From NCBI RefSeq assembly GCF_009914755.1, contig NC_060933.1: DNA of 64,000 nucleotides. The stretch is one strand, 5' to 3'. Origin of the DNA: the human T2T-CHM13v2.0 reference genome, Homo sapiens. The notes under the pieces are model-generated. The model made no database searches. It had not been told where the DNA came from and worked only from the letters and a program-made list of their open reading frames with translations. Position 1 is the stretch's first letter, and every line of letters begins with the position of its first letter. Of the stretch, positions 26,713-39,623 are shown piece by piece. Position numbers and translations under genes: made by a program.

Positions 26713-26992
26713 GAGAGAAGCAGGGACAAAGGGAAGCTGGCAGTCATTGGCCATGTCCTGATGATTTGGGGCCTTTGCTGCAAAAGTTATGGGTTAGAGC
26801 TCTATTGTCATAAATGGTCTTTGTCCACTTGTATATTCAGTCTCAAGAGAATGAGACAAAAAGAAGAGAGACAGTATGTGTGGGAGAAAGAGAACTCCTT
26901 TGGGGACAAAAACCAGGGCTTGCCTTCCAGCTCTGCATCTTGCAACCCCAGGCCTCACATAAATACCTGGGTCTCAGCTTCCTCACACCTAA

Positions 26993-27035
26993 CTGTGTGC
27001 GTGTGTGTGTCTGTGTGTCTGTGTGTCTGTGTGTG
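26993..27035. repeat. Degenerate (TG)n/(TGTC) repeat
   Basis: Read directly. Confidence 0.85.
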
Positions 27036-27479
27036 GCCTCATCTTTGTTTTCTTAGATTAATTTGGGTAAGTGTGATGGGACAGGCCTGTGACTTGCATT
27101 TCTTCCCATTTTGGGAACAAACACGGTGCAGCTCCGGAGCTTAAGCGGGTGGGATGGGGAGAGAGTGGTGGAGGAAGGCTGGCTGCAAAGAGAAAGACCA
27201 GACACTAGGCCCTCGGCACCCCCTCCCACAACCCCACAGTCCCCCACCAGGCTGTTACCCAGCAACTGCACAACCCAGCCCCTTGGAACTAAATGGCCTT
27301 TGCTAATTAGGTGCCTGGTTTAGCTTCCCAGAGAAGGCGTGTGAAAAATGTCACATACAAGTATAATAACCGAATCTGAGAATCACAGGCTCAGGCGAGG
27401 TCGAAAGGTCTTTATTCTAACACCCCTCCTCCCTCCTTCATCAGTACAGCAACTTTATAATTTATTGAATGCCATGCCT

Positions 27480-28265
27480 TCTTATTTGCAATGACAATGA
27501 AAGTGAGCAATGATGAAGCAGTTAGTTACTCTTAGCCAGGCACTGTGCCTTGTCTCATTTTTTCCTCATGCTCTGAAGTTGGTATTGTCTATTATCTCCC
27601 ATTTTACAGTTGAGAAAAGAGATGCTCAGAGAGGCTACATGATCTGCCTAAAGTCACACAGCTAATAAGAAGAAGAACATAGATTCAAATGCAGCCTGAG
27701 CTGTGTAATGGCCCTGAACTAAAATAACCCATTGGGGTGGGTAAAGCTGATTGTGGGCATTCTTCAGCCTAGAGTCGGGGCATAGAGCTTAAGAATTGTT
27801 TTGTGGTTCAGCAGGGAAGTCTCAGAGCTGATTACCTACAAAGCCTTGTGCAGGGCCCATGGCCTCTCTGGGCCTCAGTCCTCCATCTTCTAAATGGAGA
27901 GAATACATTGTATTGTGCAGGGCATGCCAAACGTGGGAATATTTCTCTCTCCAAAGGCTGCCACTCTCTAGGCTCTTATCAATCTTTTCCTGCAAGAATG
28001 ATAGAGGCAGTGTGCTCAGTGAGGACATGCCTATATTTGGGGGTCAGAGAGATAGGAGTTTAAATCCTGTCTTTGCCACTACTTGTTGCATGAACTTTGT
28101 CAAGTTATTCCATCTCTTTGAGCCTTGGTTTCTTCAACTGTAAAATGGAACAACAGTACCCAGTCAAAGAATTGGCGCGAGAGTTGAATGAAATCAGGCT
28201 TGCAAGTGCTTCGAAGAATTCCGAAGATAGTAAAGGCTCAATAAACATTAGTTTGTTGTCATTAT
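27480..28265. mobile_element. MIRs (- about 27480-27700; + about 27850-27930; + about 28000-28265)
   Basis: MIR cores, e.g. 'ccattttacagttgagaaaa' and 'tttcttcaactgtaaaatgg'. Confidence 0.75.
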
Positions 28266-28718
28266 TCTCTTGGCATGGACACTGGGATTGTCCCAGACTC
28301 ATAAAAGCTCTTCAAAACCCAAATTAGTTTGGCCATTTGGTGAGACCTTTCCTGCCCTCCCTGGGCCCCAGCCTTGGTACTGATCACATCCTGCCATTGG
28401 CTGTCACTTAGGACTCTCTGGCCAGGCCATGAGCTCTGGAAATCTCCATCCTCACAGCACCTGGCACAAGGTCCGCCCCTCATGGGAGTTTAGTGTTTGT
28501 TGAATGAATGGCTGAGTAGTCCAACGAAACAGTGGACTTTACTTCCTGGGAGAGGCTTAAGGGGTGTACTAATCAACAACCCCTGATAATCCCCTCTTCC
28601 AAACCACAATTTGCCTGAGGCTCTCATTCCATTCAGTCATTCCTTACATCTTCGAGGCCTGAGGAAACAACTTGGAATAAGAAGGGTATTACATATTGTC
28701 GTAGTTAAGAGCAAGGGC

Positions 28719-29043
<325 letters not shown>

Positions 29044-29379
29044 TTACCCTGTGTTCTGCCACCCATGGTCTTAACTAAGCTACTCAGCCTCCCTGAGCTT
29101 CACTTCTAACTGTGTTTAAAATAAAAATAATAACAATACTTAGCTTGTAGAGTTTTAAGAGATAATGTAAAGAACATGAGATTCATCATTTAAGAAGCAC
29201 TTAATAAATGATTTTCATTATTGTCATTGTTATCATAATTATTAGGCCACAAATCATTTTGAAAATCTGAAATGGACACATACAAATCATTTTGCATTTA
29301 ATTTCAAGGAATTCATGGATTCCTCATCCAAGAACCTTATCAATGGATCCCATCAAGACCCATGAATTCCTCAAACTAG

Positions 29380-29905
29380 TTATTTTCCCCCTCATTTTAT
29401 AGGCAAAGAACCAGAGGCCCAGAGAAGCTATGGGATTCAAACTAATATGGCAGGGCTGGACCCAAATGTCCTCACTCGGGTCAAGGTTACACCTAAACTG
29501 ACTCTCAGTCGTGGGTTATTTTTCACTAACTAACTGTAAAATCTCTCTTTCAGCAAACATTTTGGAGCTCCTTAACCCTCTGCAAAAAGTGGAACTGCAC
29601 AAAGAAATAAGCCAAACAAGTGTGCATGTTTCCTGCCTGCTCTTTAGTCTATGCCCTCTTTCTGGCTGGCAAAAGCTCCATCCCATACAATTGTCCCCAG
29701 AGAAGCAGCCAGCCCAGCCCTGCTGCTTACCTACTAGGAAGTCTTGAGCAAGCCACTGTATACCAGTGAGCCTCATTTTCTTCATACACTAAATGGGATG
29801 ATAATACCTACCTCACCAGGTTGTTGTGAAGATTAAACTATATAAAACGCATCCAGAAGTCCTGACCAAGTAAGCACTCGGTAAATGGTACCTGTTACTA
29901 TCACC
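29380..29905. mobile_element. MIRs (- about 29380-29480; + about 29730-29905)
   Basis: 'gggatgataatacctacctcaccaggttgttgtgaagattaa'. Confidence 0.75.
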
Positions 29906-30293
29906 ACGTTGAAAACGCAATAAGAGTGAATATTGTCCCTTTGGAGGAATAGGAATCCACAGAACCCAGTGAACACAGGTTTGCCAAGTCCTGCAGGTAC
30001 CTGTTTTAATGAATAAATGAGAATGCTTGGGTAATGAGCGTAGTGATTGTTTTATGTAAATGATGCTCCCATGGAGCTTGTAAACAATTTCCTTTCATGA
30101 GAAAACATTGCCCTGGAGAGCTTGTTCACAACACCAGCTTGCTTCTCCAACTTTCTCTTCCATGGTCTGCACAGAGTAGCACTTGGCCCAGGTATGAGAG
30201 AATCATGACAAATTCATAATTGCTGCCTCCAGTCTCAGTGGTGGCAGATGGGATCTCAAGAGCTTTTGGAGGGAGCCCACCTTAAAAGAAATG

Positions 30294-30340
30294 TTTTCTT
30301 TTGTTTGTTTTTTTGTTTGTTCATTTGTTTGTTTGTTTTC
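30294..30340. repeat. (TTTG)n-like repeat
   Basis: Read directly. Confidence 0.85.
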
Positions 30341-30479
30341 TTCTATTCTGTTCTTGGTCCAAGCTGGGCAGACCAATTGATATTTGATGGAGTAAATATT
30401 TGGATAGGAATAGAAGTGATGAGTTTTAGGTAAAATAAAAAAGCACAAGAGTGAAAGAATATCACCATTGACTAGAAGA

Positions 30480-31008
30480 ATTCGCTGTGCCTCTGTTTCA
30501 CTCTGGAACCACAGGAAAACTAGAATAAGCAATGGTCAACTGGACAGGTGCTCGGGATACCAGTCAATAAGAGGTGCTAAATAAAGTCTCGCTGAAACCC
30601 ACTTGAAATATGGTGCCCATCTGAGAAAGATAACTCAGGTTCTTACCTGCAACTCCTTACATAATGAAAAAGTCATCTGGTTCTACTCCCTTGTCACAGA
30701 AAGTCCTGCACTCACCCACCTAAATCTGTACAAAGAGCACAGTGCAACTGCACACCATACCACCGGCCCTGCACCAGCCACCTGATTGTTTAGGCTACCT
30801 CCCAAAGAGCTGTATGACCTGGAAGATCTGGTAACAAGTATTTTATTTTTTAATTCAATGAAGAAGTACATATTTTTTATGAATTGGCAACCAACATTTT
30901 CCTGTCCCTCCCAAATGAATACTAAATTAATATTTAAAAACTGTAAGTTTGATGGGATGTTAAATTATTAGTCTTCCAAGTAAACACACATGTCTCTGAC
31001 TACCCCTG
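30480..31008 (+). mobile_element. MER45-like hAT-Tip100 fragment (left boundary uncertain)
   Basis: End 'aaattattagtcttcc...cacatgtctctgactacccctg' resembles the MER45 terminus. Confidence 0.55.
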
Positions 31009-31052
31009 ACCATGAATAATCAATCATATGACCTTCAAGAGTCAACTTCTTG

Positions 31053-31506
31053 TGAAGGACATGATCTCATGCTTTTTTTGGCTTCATCATATTCTATGAT
31101 GTATATGAACCACATTTTCTTTATCTAGGCTACCATTGATGGGCATTTAGGTTGATTCCATGTCTTTGCTGTTGTGAACAGTGCTGCAGTGAACATGCAT
31201 GTGACTGGAGGCCATTATCCTTAGCAAACTAACGCAGGAACAGAAAACCAAATACCACATATTTTCACTTATTAGTGGGAATTAAATGATGAGAACACAT
31301 GGACACAGAGAGAAACAACAGACATGAGGACCTACTGGAAGGTGACGGGTGGGAGAAGGGAGAGGATCAGGAAAAATAACTAATGAGTACTAGACTTAAT
31401 ACCTGGGTGATGAAATAATCTGTACGACAAACCTGCATGATACAGGTTTACCTATATAACAAACCTGCACAGGTACCCCTGAACTTAAAATAAAAGTTAA
31501 AAAAAA
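31053..31506 (+). mobile_element. L1PA13-15-like, truncated, with 5' inversion (31053-31203 on minus; 31204-31506 on plus)
   Basis: TSD aagagtcaacttc[t/c]tg 31037-31052 / 31507-31522; 3'UTR 'gagaggatcaggaaaaataactaat'; A-tail. Confidence 0.9.
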
Positions 31507-31569
31507 AAGAGTCAACTTCCTGACTGCCAGGGGGTGATGTAAGTAGCCACACTACCAGTGTACAGTTTT

Positions 31570-31900
31570 ATGCTTGTGCACCATTGACTTGCTGTTCCTT
31601 CTGCCTAGCATTCCCTGCTCCTGTTCACTCCTGCCTTCTTAGTCACCTGGATTACTCATATTCACCCAGTGAGGTCCCTTCCCCATTAGGCCTTCTCTAT
31701 TTCCCCAGAAGAATCACTCACATGGCTGGGACTCTACATGGCATCTTTAACACTACGATTAGCATTATCAGCCCACATGTCTGCTTCCCCTATGAAACGT
31801 GAGGTTTTTGAAGCTCAGGTCAGGGTTAATTTCCATGTGTGTTCCCAAACATCTGGCACCATGAGTGGCACTGAATAAAAGGTCAATAAATGCACCTGGA
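31570..31900 (+). mobile_element. L2 3' fragment
   Basis: 'gctgttccttctgcctag...ggtcaataaatg'. Confidence 0.65.
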
Positions 31901-32084
31901 TATGCAAGGATGTCACCATGACCCTTTATCTCCTTCAATGGCCCAAATGGAAGACCTTCCTTTCATATCAAGAGCTCCTCCCTTAAATTCTCTTCCTGAG
32001 AGGAGTAGAGGCAGAAGCATGCCTGGTGTCCAACAGGCAGTGGGAGTTGGGAGACAGTAGATCCTGCTGGTCCTAGAAGCAGTC

Positions 32085-32960
32085 AGTATGATCTGATCGA
32101 GAGGTTGGTTAAATACAAGGCTATTAGCAAGTAAGTAAATATGTTGAGAATAATAAGAACAGGGTTATTCACTGTCAGAGAAGGGATTTAAAAATACAGG
32201 AAAGGAGAAGACTAGAATGAACACTGAGGTGTCAAACTGTAATTGGAAGTATCACTATGAACTTATGATTTAGATAGAGACATAAAGATACATAGAGATG
32301 TATGTGTATGTATATTATACATACATATGTTTTCCAGCTCTGTCCATTCAGATGGTCTAAAAATAATGATGCTCCAGTAGAAATGAGCACCTGGGCCCCC
32401 CACCTCTTGGTTTCTAAATACCACCCTCCACTAACAGAAACCACGAACCTTTGAAGAAATGGCTGATTTCAGGACCAGGGCAGGGTAATAAAGTACAAGA
32501 TAAATCTGGAACATCTTGGGCTAGAAAGCAAAGACATGCTCAAGAGCACATGAGAGCCAGGTTGAAGGTGCTTCCACCAGGAAAATCTGGGACAATTTTC
32601 AAAGTAAATACTGACAGTAATATATTATATCCCACTAAAGAACATAGGACTTTATGAATTCTGCACTGATATTAGTTAATTAGCAAATGAAGGAGAAGAA
32701 AAAATTCTTCTTTACATAGAATGTCAACTAGTAAGTGTGCAAGGAATGATGAAAACAGAAAATCACCATTTGGCAACCATCATTGTAGAGGTTATTTAGG
32801 CAGGAATTGTCAATGGATGCTAAGGTTGGTGGGTGGAGGTTTTATAAGTAATGGGATATTGGCATAATCTTGGAATATTTCACCACATAGTGCCAATGAC
32901 AAAGGTAAAAATGGAGACTTTTTAGTTGAGAAATCTGGAAGACATTGATTCTCACAAAAA
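32085..32960 (+). mobile_element. L1MC3/4-like 3'UTR fragment
   Basis: 'gaaatggctgatttcaggaccagggcagg...aaagtacaagataaatctggaacatcttg'. Confidence 0.75.
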
Positions 32961-32964
32961 CCCA

Positions 32965-33520
32965 ATGAGGGAGGTAGAATTCTGACTGCTTTGTCAAACC
33001 CCAGCTATGAGGACTACTAGATGGATGATCTTCAGCACATTGTCTTTCTATGCCTCCATTTTCTCTCCTTGAAAATGAGAACATAAATGGTGCCTACCCA
33101 ACGAGGGTTATATTGCAAATTGATGCATTAGCCCACATAAAACATTTCAGACGTTGCATAGCACATTGTAAACTCTCAATGAGTCTTAGCTATTATAAAT
33201 ATTATAATGAGGAAATTCAGCTCAGAGCAGTGAAAATGGTGCTCAAACCCACATCCACCAAACTCTAAATCACCACTCTCAGTTGTTGCCCAGAAATCAG
33301 TAAGTCTCAGTTGTCAAGCACCTGACAGTTTCCCAAAGTGCTATTTCATTCACGTTTTCCTTGAAAGTGACAAAAGTCCATACAGGTGAACAGAAGTTAG
33401 ATTTCTCATAGGCCCTATTTTGCAGAGGAGGAAGGATCTTGGCTCACCCAAAATGACAGCACTAATAAACCATAGGAGGAATTGGAGCCCATACATCTGA
33501 TTCTAAGGCCCTGTTGCTTT
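32965..33520. mobile_element. MIRs (+ about 32965-33200; - about 33330-33520)
   Basis: Degenerate MIR cores. Confidence 0.6.
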
Positions 33521-35182
33521 CAGGGCCTGATCTGACTGCAGGAGTTCCAGCCTCATTGCCACAGGTCCATGAAGTAGCCTAGGGATGGTGACTAGTTTGG
33601 AAAGGCAACCAAAACTTAGAGGGCTCTTCTGAACTTGAAATTTATCATGAAGCCCTAACACATTTGTCCCCCTCCCAAACACATTGCACCACCAGATTAG
33701 GATAGGCAAGAAAAAGTTCTGACAGGGAATCAGGGAGCTTAAGAACAAGGATTAGAGGTAAGGACTGACATCAGCTTGTAAGCCTTCAAGGTCAAGTCAA
33801 GGAGGATGTCAACCCCATTCAGGCAAGTAAGAGAATGCATCCTAGTTTTTGTCTTTAAATTTGCCATTGGTCATAACCTCTTCATGTCATCTAGGGTGGA
33901 CTTAGTTAGCTACAAGGGAAATTGAGGTTAAATGACAGATCCTCGTCTGGGTCTGAATGGAAAGTTGCCCCTTTCTTGAATCCTGCTGGCTCTCAGCTTC
34001 TCTGTAAGTACACAAGCAGCAGCCATAGTCAACTCAACACTTTTTGCCAAAGAATGGACTGAATAGAGGCCTTCGTCAACACAGGAAAGTGGAAGTTTAC
34101 AATCACACCACAAGAAGATGGAAGCGTCCACTGTTGCTCAGGTCAAAAGACCAATATGCAACACTGCCACCTCACCTCGGCTCTGCCAGGGCCATCTATA
34201 CAGATTTAATCTCTCCCTCTCTCTCTCTCTCCCCTGCTCCCTGGGAAAACTAAATCTCATCTGTCTGCAGTTAGCAGAAGCCTGGAGTAACTGGATTCAT
34301 GGCTGGAACAAAAGATATATGTGACGTTAACAGTTCATTGAGCTGTGAGATGAACAAGATGGGTGTTGAAAAGGAAACCTGAGCTGAGAGTACATTTCCA
34401 GTGTTAATAAAGCTTCCCTTTTGTTGTATGTTTCCAAACACTGACTCCAGGATGGGTGCCATCCGTTTCCTTCTAGAATTAGACAGGCCTGCAGATTTAA
34501 GGCATCGAAGAGCATCATTCGGCCCTGTTAATGGACAGCACAAGGTGCTGCGTCAGGAACTTGCCCCCGTCTTTAGCTCTGGCTGCAATTATTTTGCTGG
34601 CTTGGCAAAGCGTGTGCCTCCTGTTCACCCAGAGGATGTGCACACAGATAGCAGCCCACCAGGGAAACCATCAAATTCCAAAACTCAGATTTGCAGATGT
34701 GTGTGAGGGTAGTCATCATAGCAATGCAATCAGCTGTGCAAAAGTAGATGCAGCATATGTGTCTGAAAATTGGTGATTGGTTAACCTAAACTATAGAAGA
34801 GGCGTGCATGATGAAGTTATAAGTGGCCTTTAAAAAGCCTGTTGAAGAAATATATTTATTGACATGGAAAGATGTTCATGATTTATTAAGAAGTATTTTA
34901 GAAAGCAAGATATATAACAGTATGGATCCCATTTGTACACTATGTATAATAAGAAAGAAAAAGAAAGGAGCTGCGATCTAGCTTCTAGGGAGAATGGACC
35001 CTGCTAAATTGAAAGCCATAGTCATTTTGGTCACTTTAGATAAGTTGAGAATAGACATTGGCTATAGGTCACCAGGAAGGATAAAGGGCTCTGCATAATA
35101 GAGAAGGAAGTGGAGCTTTTGGGGTGCTTTCCAAGAGGAGCAAGGTGAGGAGGTACAGAGGTGAAATAAGAGAAAAGAAGAC

Positions 35183-35659
35183 TCTTGTGGGTTGAATTGT
35201 GTCCCCACAAAAAGATCTTTTGAAGTCCTAACCCCAGATATCTGTGAATATGACCTTTTTTGAAAATAAGTTATTTGCAGATGTAATTAAGCTAAGATGA
35301 CATACTTAGTTATGCTGGGTCCTGATCCAATGTGACTGGTGACCTTATAAGAAGAGAAAATGGAGGCACAGGGAGGAGAATGCCATATGAAGACAGAGAC
35401 ACATAGACACAGAGGGAAGACAGCACAGGAAGACGAGATTGAGATTGGAGTTGTGCAAACACAAGCCAGGGAAGCCTGGCGCCATTAGAAGCTCAAAGAG
35501 GCAAGGATCTTCCTCTCGAAGTCTTGGAGGGAGTGTTGCCCTGCCAACATCTTGATTTTGTATTTCCAGCCTCCAGAACTGTGTGTAAAATAAATTTCTG
35601 TTTACTTAAGACATCCGATTTGTGCCACTCTGTTATGGAAGCCCTGGGGAACAAATACA
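35183..35659 (+). mobile_element. MLT1B/C MaLR solo LTR
   Basis: 'tgggttgaattgtgtcccc...ttccagcctccagaactgtg...aataaatttctgtt...aacaaataca'. Confidence 0.88.
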
Positions 35660-36599
35660 AGAAACCAGCAAAAGGGGGTGAGTCTGAGAGGGGTACAAGA
35701 GCTGAAGGAACCAACAGGTAGAGAGCAGACAACCAACATTTTAAGGATGGGGATGCCTGGAGTCCACTTTAAAGTCTTTGGATCCCTGTGATAGAAACAC
35801 CTCCTCTAGCTCCCTCCCAGATGTTCACAAACTGAGATCCAAGTGTTTTGTGTCAGGTGGACGTTGGAGAAGTTGAGGACTTTCCCATCTGAATCATCGT
35901 GGTACAAAACCAATGCAGGACAGAGCCAGCAGCCTGGGTGACCATGGGATTAGAATGCCCCACCCCACCCCACCCTGACCCAGGGAATTCTCAGAAGTCC
36001 TCAGGGGACTTTAGACTTCAACAGTGTTTCATGAGTACAAGAGATGAGTCTTGGAAAGTTTGAATAACATGTTCTGATCATAAAGATACCCAGATCTGTG
36101 GGATTCCAGAGCCCATGCTGTCCCTGACACATGAGCCAGTCTGCCACTAGTCCAGCTGCTCCAATGGCCCTGCTAAATACGGAACAGATGTCACACATAA
36201 CCATTCTATGCCTCTGCCATCTCCTGGGTCAACCAGTGGCCAAAGAAAACAGAAGACTTTTTTTTTTTTTCTGTCCCTTCATAGAGCCACACGGGGCCTC
36301 CTTTCCCAAGCTCTCATGGTGACAGGCAAGCAGCAAATGGCCAAGGATCTAGAATCTTTCTTTCCCCTCCCCTGATAATATATATGATTTATTCAGAAAC
36401 AGGTTATTTCAGAGGCCCTTCAGAAGCTTTCAACCACACAGGGGTAGGTCAAAATAGTTGACCTCTGGGGTTCCTTCCAACCCTGAGATTAATGGGGGGA
36501 TTCATTCATTGGCTGAGTCAGGAGAGAAAACAGGATGTGAGAAATGATGTGAGAGAAACAGTGAAGACTTCACTTAGCCTAATAGGCAGGGGATGCTCT

Positions 36600-37850
36600 A
36601 GAGATGAAGTGTCCCTGCTTGACATTGTAGGAAACAAAGTTCCTGATTGAGAGACCAGAGGAGGCCACTTGGGATTTGATCTCAGAAGGGAGTCTGCTCA
36701 TACAGAGATGCATATGAAGACGTTCCAGAAAGAGGGAACAGAGTTGGCAGAGCTTCAGCTGCAGAGAGGGAGCAGGTATGCGTGGGAACAACATACAGTC
36801 ATTTGACTTCAGTGTAGGATGACAGAAGGAGGAGTAAGAGAGGGTGGCACCAGGTAGCACAAGGTCTCGTGTTTCAAATGTCATTCCAAAGGTAAGAGGA
36901 GGCCACAGAAAGATTTGATCGGGGGCATCCCATGGGCAGAGCTATGCTTCGGGAATTTTAGTCTGAATGCAGGCAGGATGGATTGCAGAAGTCAGCCCAG
37001 AGGCAAGGAACCCATCAGAAAAATGTAGCAAAGTCCAGGAAAGAGAAGATGAGACCTCAGCATGGGCAGAGAAAATGGTTGTGGATTGCAGGGAGTGGGA
37101 CTGAGAGATATTTAGGAGGTAAAGATGCACAACTTGGTGACAGACAGTATATGTGGAGTGGAGGACAGGGAAGAGTCACAGATGATGCCAAGTATCTGGT
37201 CTGGGGATAGGGGGATGATGCTGAACACTGAGATGGGGCATCTCGCAGGAGGACCGGGTTCGGAAGAAGTGATTGACTATAGTTTCCATGTGGATAGTTT
37301 GGGTGCAATGGACTGTCAGATAGAGGAGAACAGAGGTGGCTGGAAGTAAGAGATGACCTGGACATCAGGGCCACCTCCCTCTGATGTTATGCTGGGGCGG
37401 GTCAGAGGAAAGACATGTGCAAAAGCTTGGGGTGAAGCAGAACAAGGCACCAGAATCTCCTCCCGAGGGGGCAGCTCCAGGGGACGACGCTCTGGACCTT
37501 GCTCCCTGTGAGCAGTGCTACTGCATCATTCACAGAGATTCATGAGCATGCCCGTGGCCATCACCTGTTCGTAGGGCACTTTACAGTGCGCCAGGCACCT
37601 CCTCGCTTGTTGTTTCCTCCACTCTTCACCACAGCGTCATGGGAGACCCACTGTTCTTATCTCACTACTCAGACAAGAGAAAAGTGAGGCAGAAGGCGGG
37701 TGCTCAGTTCACAAGAATAGTGGGACAGGAATTTGGAAGCATACGTGACTATCTCCAGTGTCCACCCTCATTTCTAGATACTGTGAATTTCCTTACTACA
37801 TATCGTGAATTAAAGAAGGAAGCTAGGATTTGAACCAGGTCCTAAGACCA
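36600..37850 (-). mobile_element. MIR fragment, L2 (about 36720-37370) and MIR (about 37540-37850)
   Basis: L2 'gagatatttaggaggtaaagatgcacaacttggtgac...gagtcacagatgatgccaag'. Confidence 0.7.
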
Positions 37851-38091
37851 CACTCCTGTCCCCCACCAATCACCCACCACACCTCCGCTCCTGGAGAACC
37901 CAGCACATCACAGCAGCCTTGCTAAATTTCCCTGCAGGTTCACTTCCCAGTGGGGTTTTCTCCTGGGTTTGCCATCCTTGTGCTCTGTGACCACCTGTGT
38001 GTCCTCCATCTCTTGCCTCAGTTTACCTACCTTGAGCACATCACGTTTTTCTAGACAAAGACAACAGTAGCACTGCTGTGTCCTAGACAAT

Positions 38092-38190
38092 GAAAGAAGA
38101 GAAAAGAAGAGAAGGAGGGGTCAGGGAAGGATAGAAAGAAAAAATAGAATGAGAAAGAAAAAGAGAGAGTGAATGAAAAAGAAAAAAGAC
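38092..38190. repeat. A/G-rich low-complexity tract
   Basis: Nearly all purines on the + strand. Confidence 0.8.
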
Positions 38191-38946
38191 AGCCCTCTTA
38201 AGCACAGGGAAAGTTACATATGAGGACAATTATTCCCCGAGCCGTTGTTCAGTGAAGCCCCGTTGTTCAGCGAAGCGCTTCAAGCGAGCTTCCCCAGGTG
38301 CCATGCGGAGGCTTTATGGAGTTAGGTGATATACGATGTCCGCCACGTGCCTGGTGATCTATGACTCAGGCCCAGGTTATGTTCCAGCCTCAGGATGGTT
38401 GTGTGATTTAGGGTTGCTCCTGAGACTCCAGCTGGCATGGGGGTCAGCATGCTCTAATGTTGTGTTTGGGATGGGGTGCGCATGCTAGGAAGAAGGGCAT
38501 GACATCCAATTTCCTGAATGGGCCCTGGGAGGAAGATGTACAGAATCCCTGTCTTCCAGGTCAGCCTCTCTGTGTCTGGTGTAGAGGCCTCTTCATCCAG
38601 ATGGAATGATTTACATTTTTATGTGTCATGGTTCTGGGGTGGGTCAGCACTGCTTCAGTGACAAAGGATTTCTAAACACAAAGGCTCTTAGAGATGGAGG
38701 TGAGTGCAGAGATCTCCTCTGACTCCCTGATTAATTTAGTAATCATAGATTCATTCCACAAATATGTATTGAGCTCCTAATATATCCCAGGCACTGTTTC
38801 TGGACACTCAGGCTATAGCAGTGAACAAAGCAGAAGTCATTTTTGTCCTCATGTTGCTCATCTTCTCGAAAGGAAGACACTTGACACAAAGAAGCAGGCT
38901 ACTATGCTGGCAGATTGTGTCAGGCTTATGAAAAGAACCACAGAAT

Positions 38947-39210
38947 TGAAAAGGGAACACTTTTACACTGTTTGTGGGAATGTAAATTAGTACAACCACT
39001 ATGGAAAACAGTATGGAGATTCCTTAAGAACTAAAACTAGAACTACTATTTGATCCAGCAATCCCACTACTGGGTATCTACCCAAAGGAAAAGAAGTCAT
39101 TATATGAAAAAGACACATGCACACGCATATTTATAGCGTCCAATTTGCAATTGCAAAGATATGGAACCAATCTAAGTGCCCATCAACCAGCGAGTGAATA
39201 AAGAAAATGC

Positions 39211-39264
<54 letters not shown>

Positions 39265-39623
39265 ATGAAATACTACTCAGCCATAAAAAGGAATGAAATA
39301 ATATCTCTTGCAGCAACTTAGATGGAGCTGGAGGCCATTATTCTAAGTGAAGTAACTCAGGAATGGAAAACCAAATATTGTATGTTCTCATTTGTAAGTG
39401 GGAGCTAAGCTATGAGGACGCAAAGGCATAAGAATGATATAATGGACTTTGGGGACTTGGCAGGGAAGTTTGGGAGGGGGATGAGGCATAAAAGACTACT
39501 GTTGGGTACAGAGTATACTGCTTGGGTGACAGGTGCACTAAAATCTCAGCAATCACCACTAAAGAATTCATCCATGTAACCAAAAACCAACTGTAACCAA
39601 AAACTATTGAAATAAAAAAAACC
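38947..39623 (+). mobile_element. L1PB (PB2/3-like) truncated 3' end inserted in an L2 (-, about 38745-39990)
   Basis: L1PB 3'UTR 'gagctaagctatgaggacgcaaaggcataagaatg'; TSD aagaaccaca 38933-38942 / 39624-39633. Confidence 0.9.
39215..39262. repeat. (TA)24 microsatellite inside L1PB
   Basis: Read directly; 48 bp pure. Confidence 0.97.

Larger units (their letters stand above)
25724..26845 (-). mobile_element. MER90-like ERV1 solo LTR (split: 25724-26006 and 26713-26845)
   Basis: 'ggctatttattcagagcttccatagcaagggagtcagccaccatcac'; TG...CA termini; approximate TSD aaag/agag. Confidence 0.65.

Noticed and set aside
37458-37478. CTCF-like 'cccgagggggcag' (also at about 43327-43341 in MER81)
   Set aside because: Several mismatches in the 5' half of the core motif; not supportable without ChIP data.
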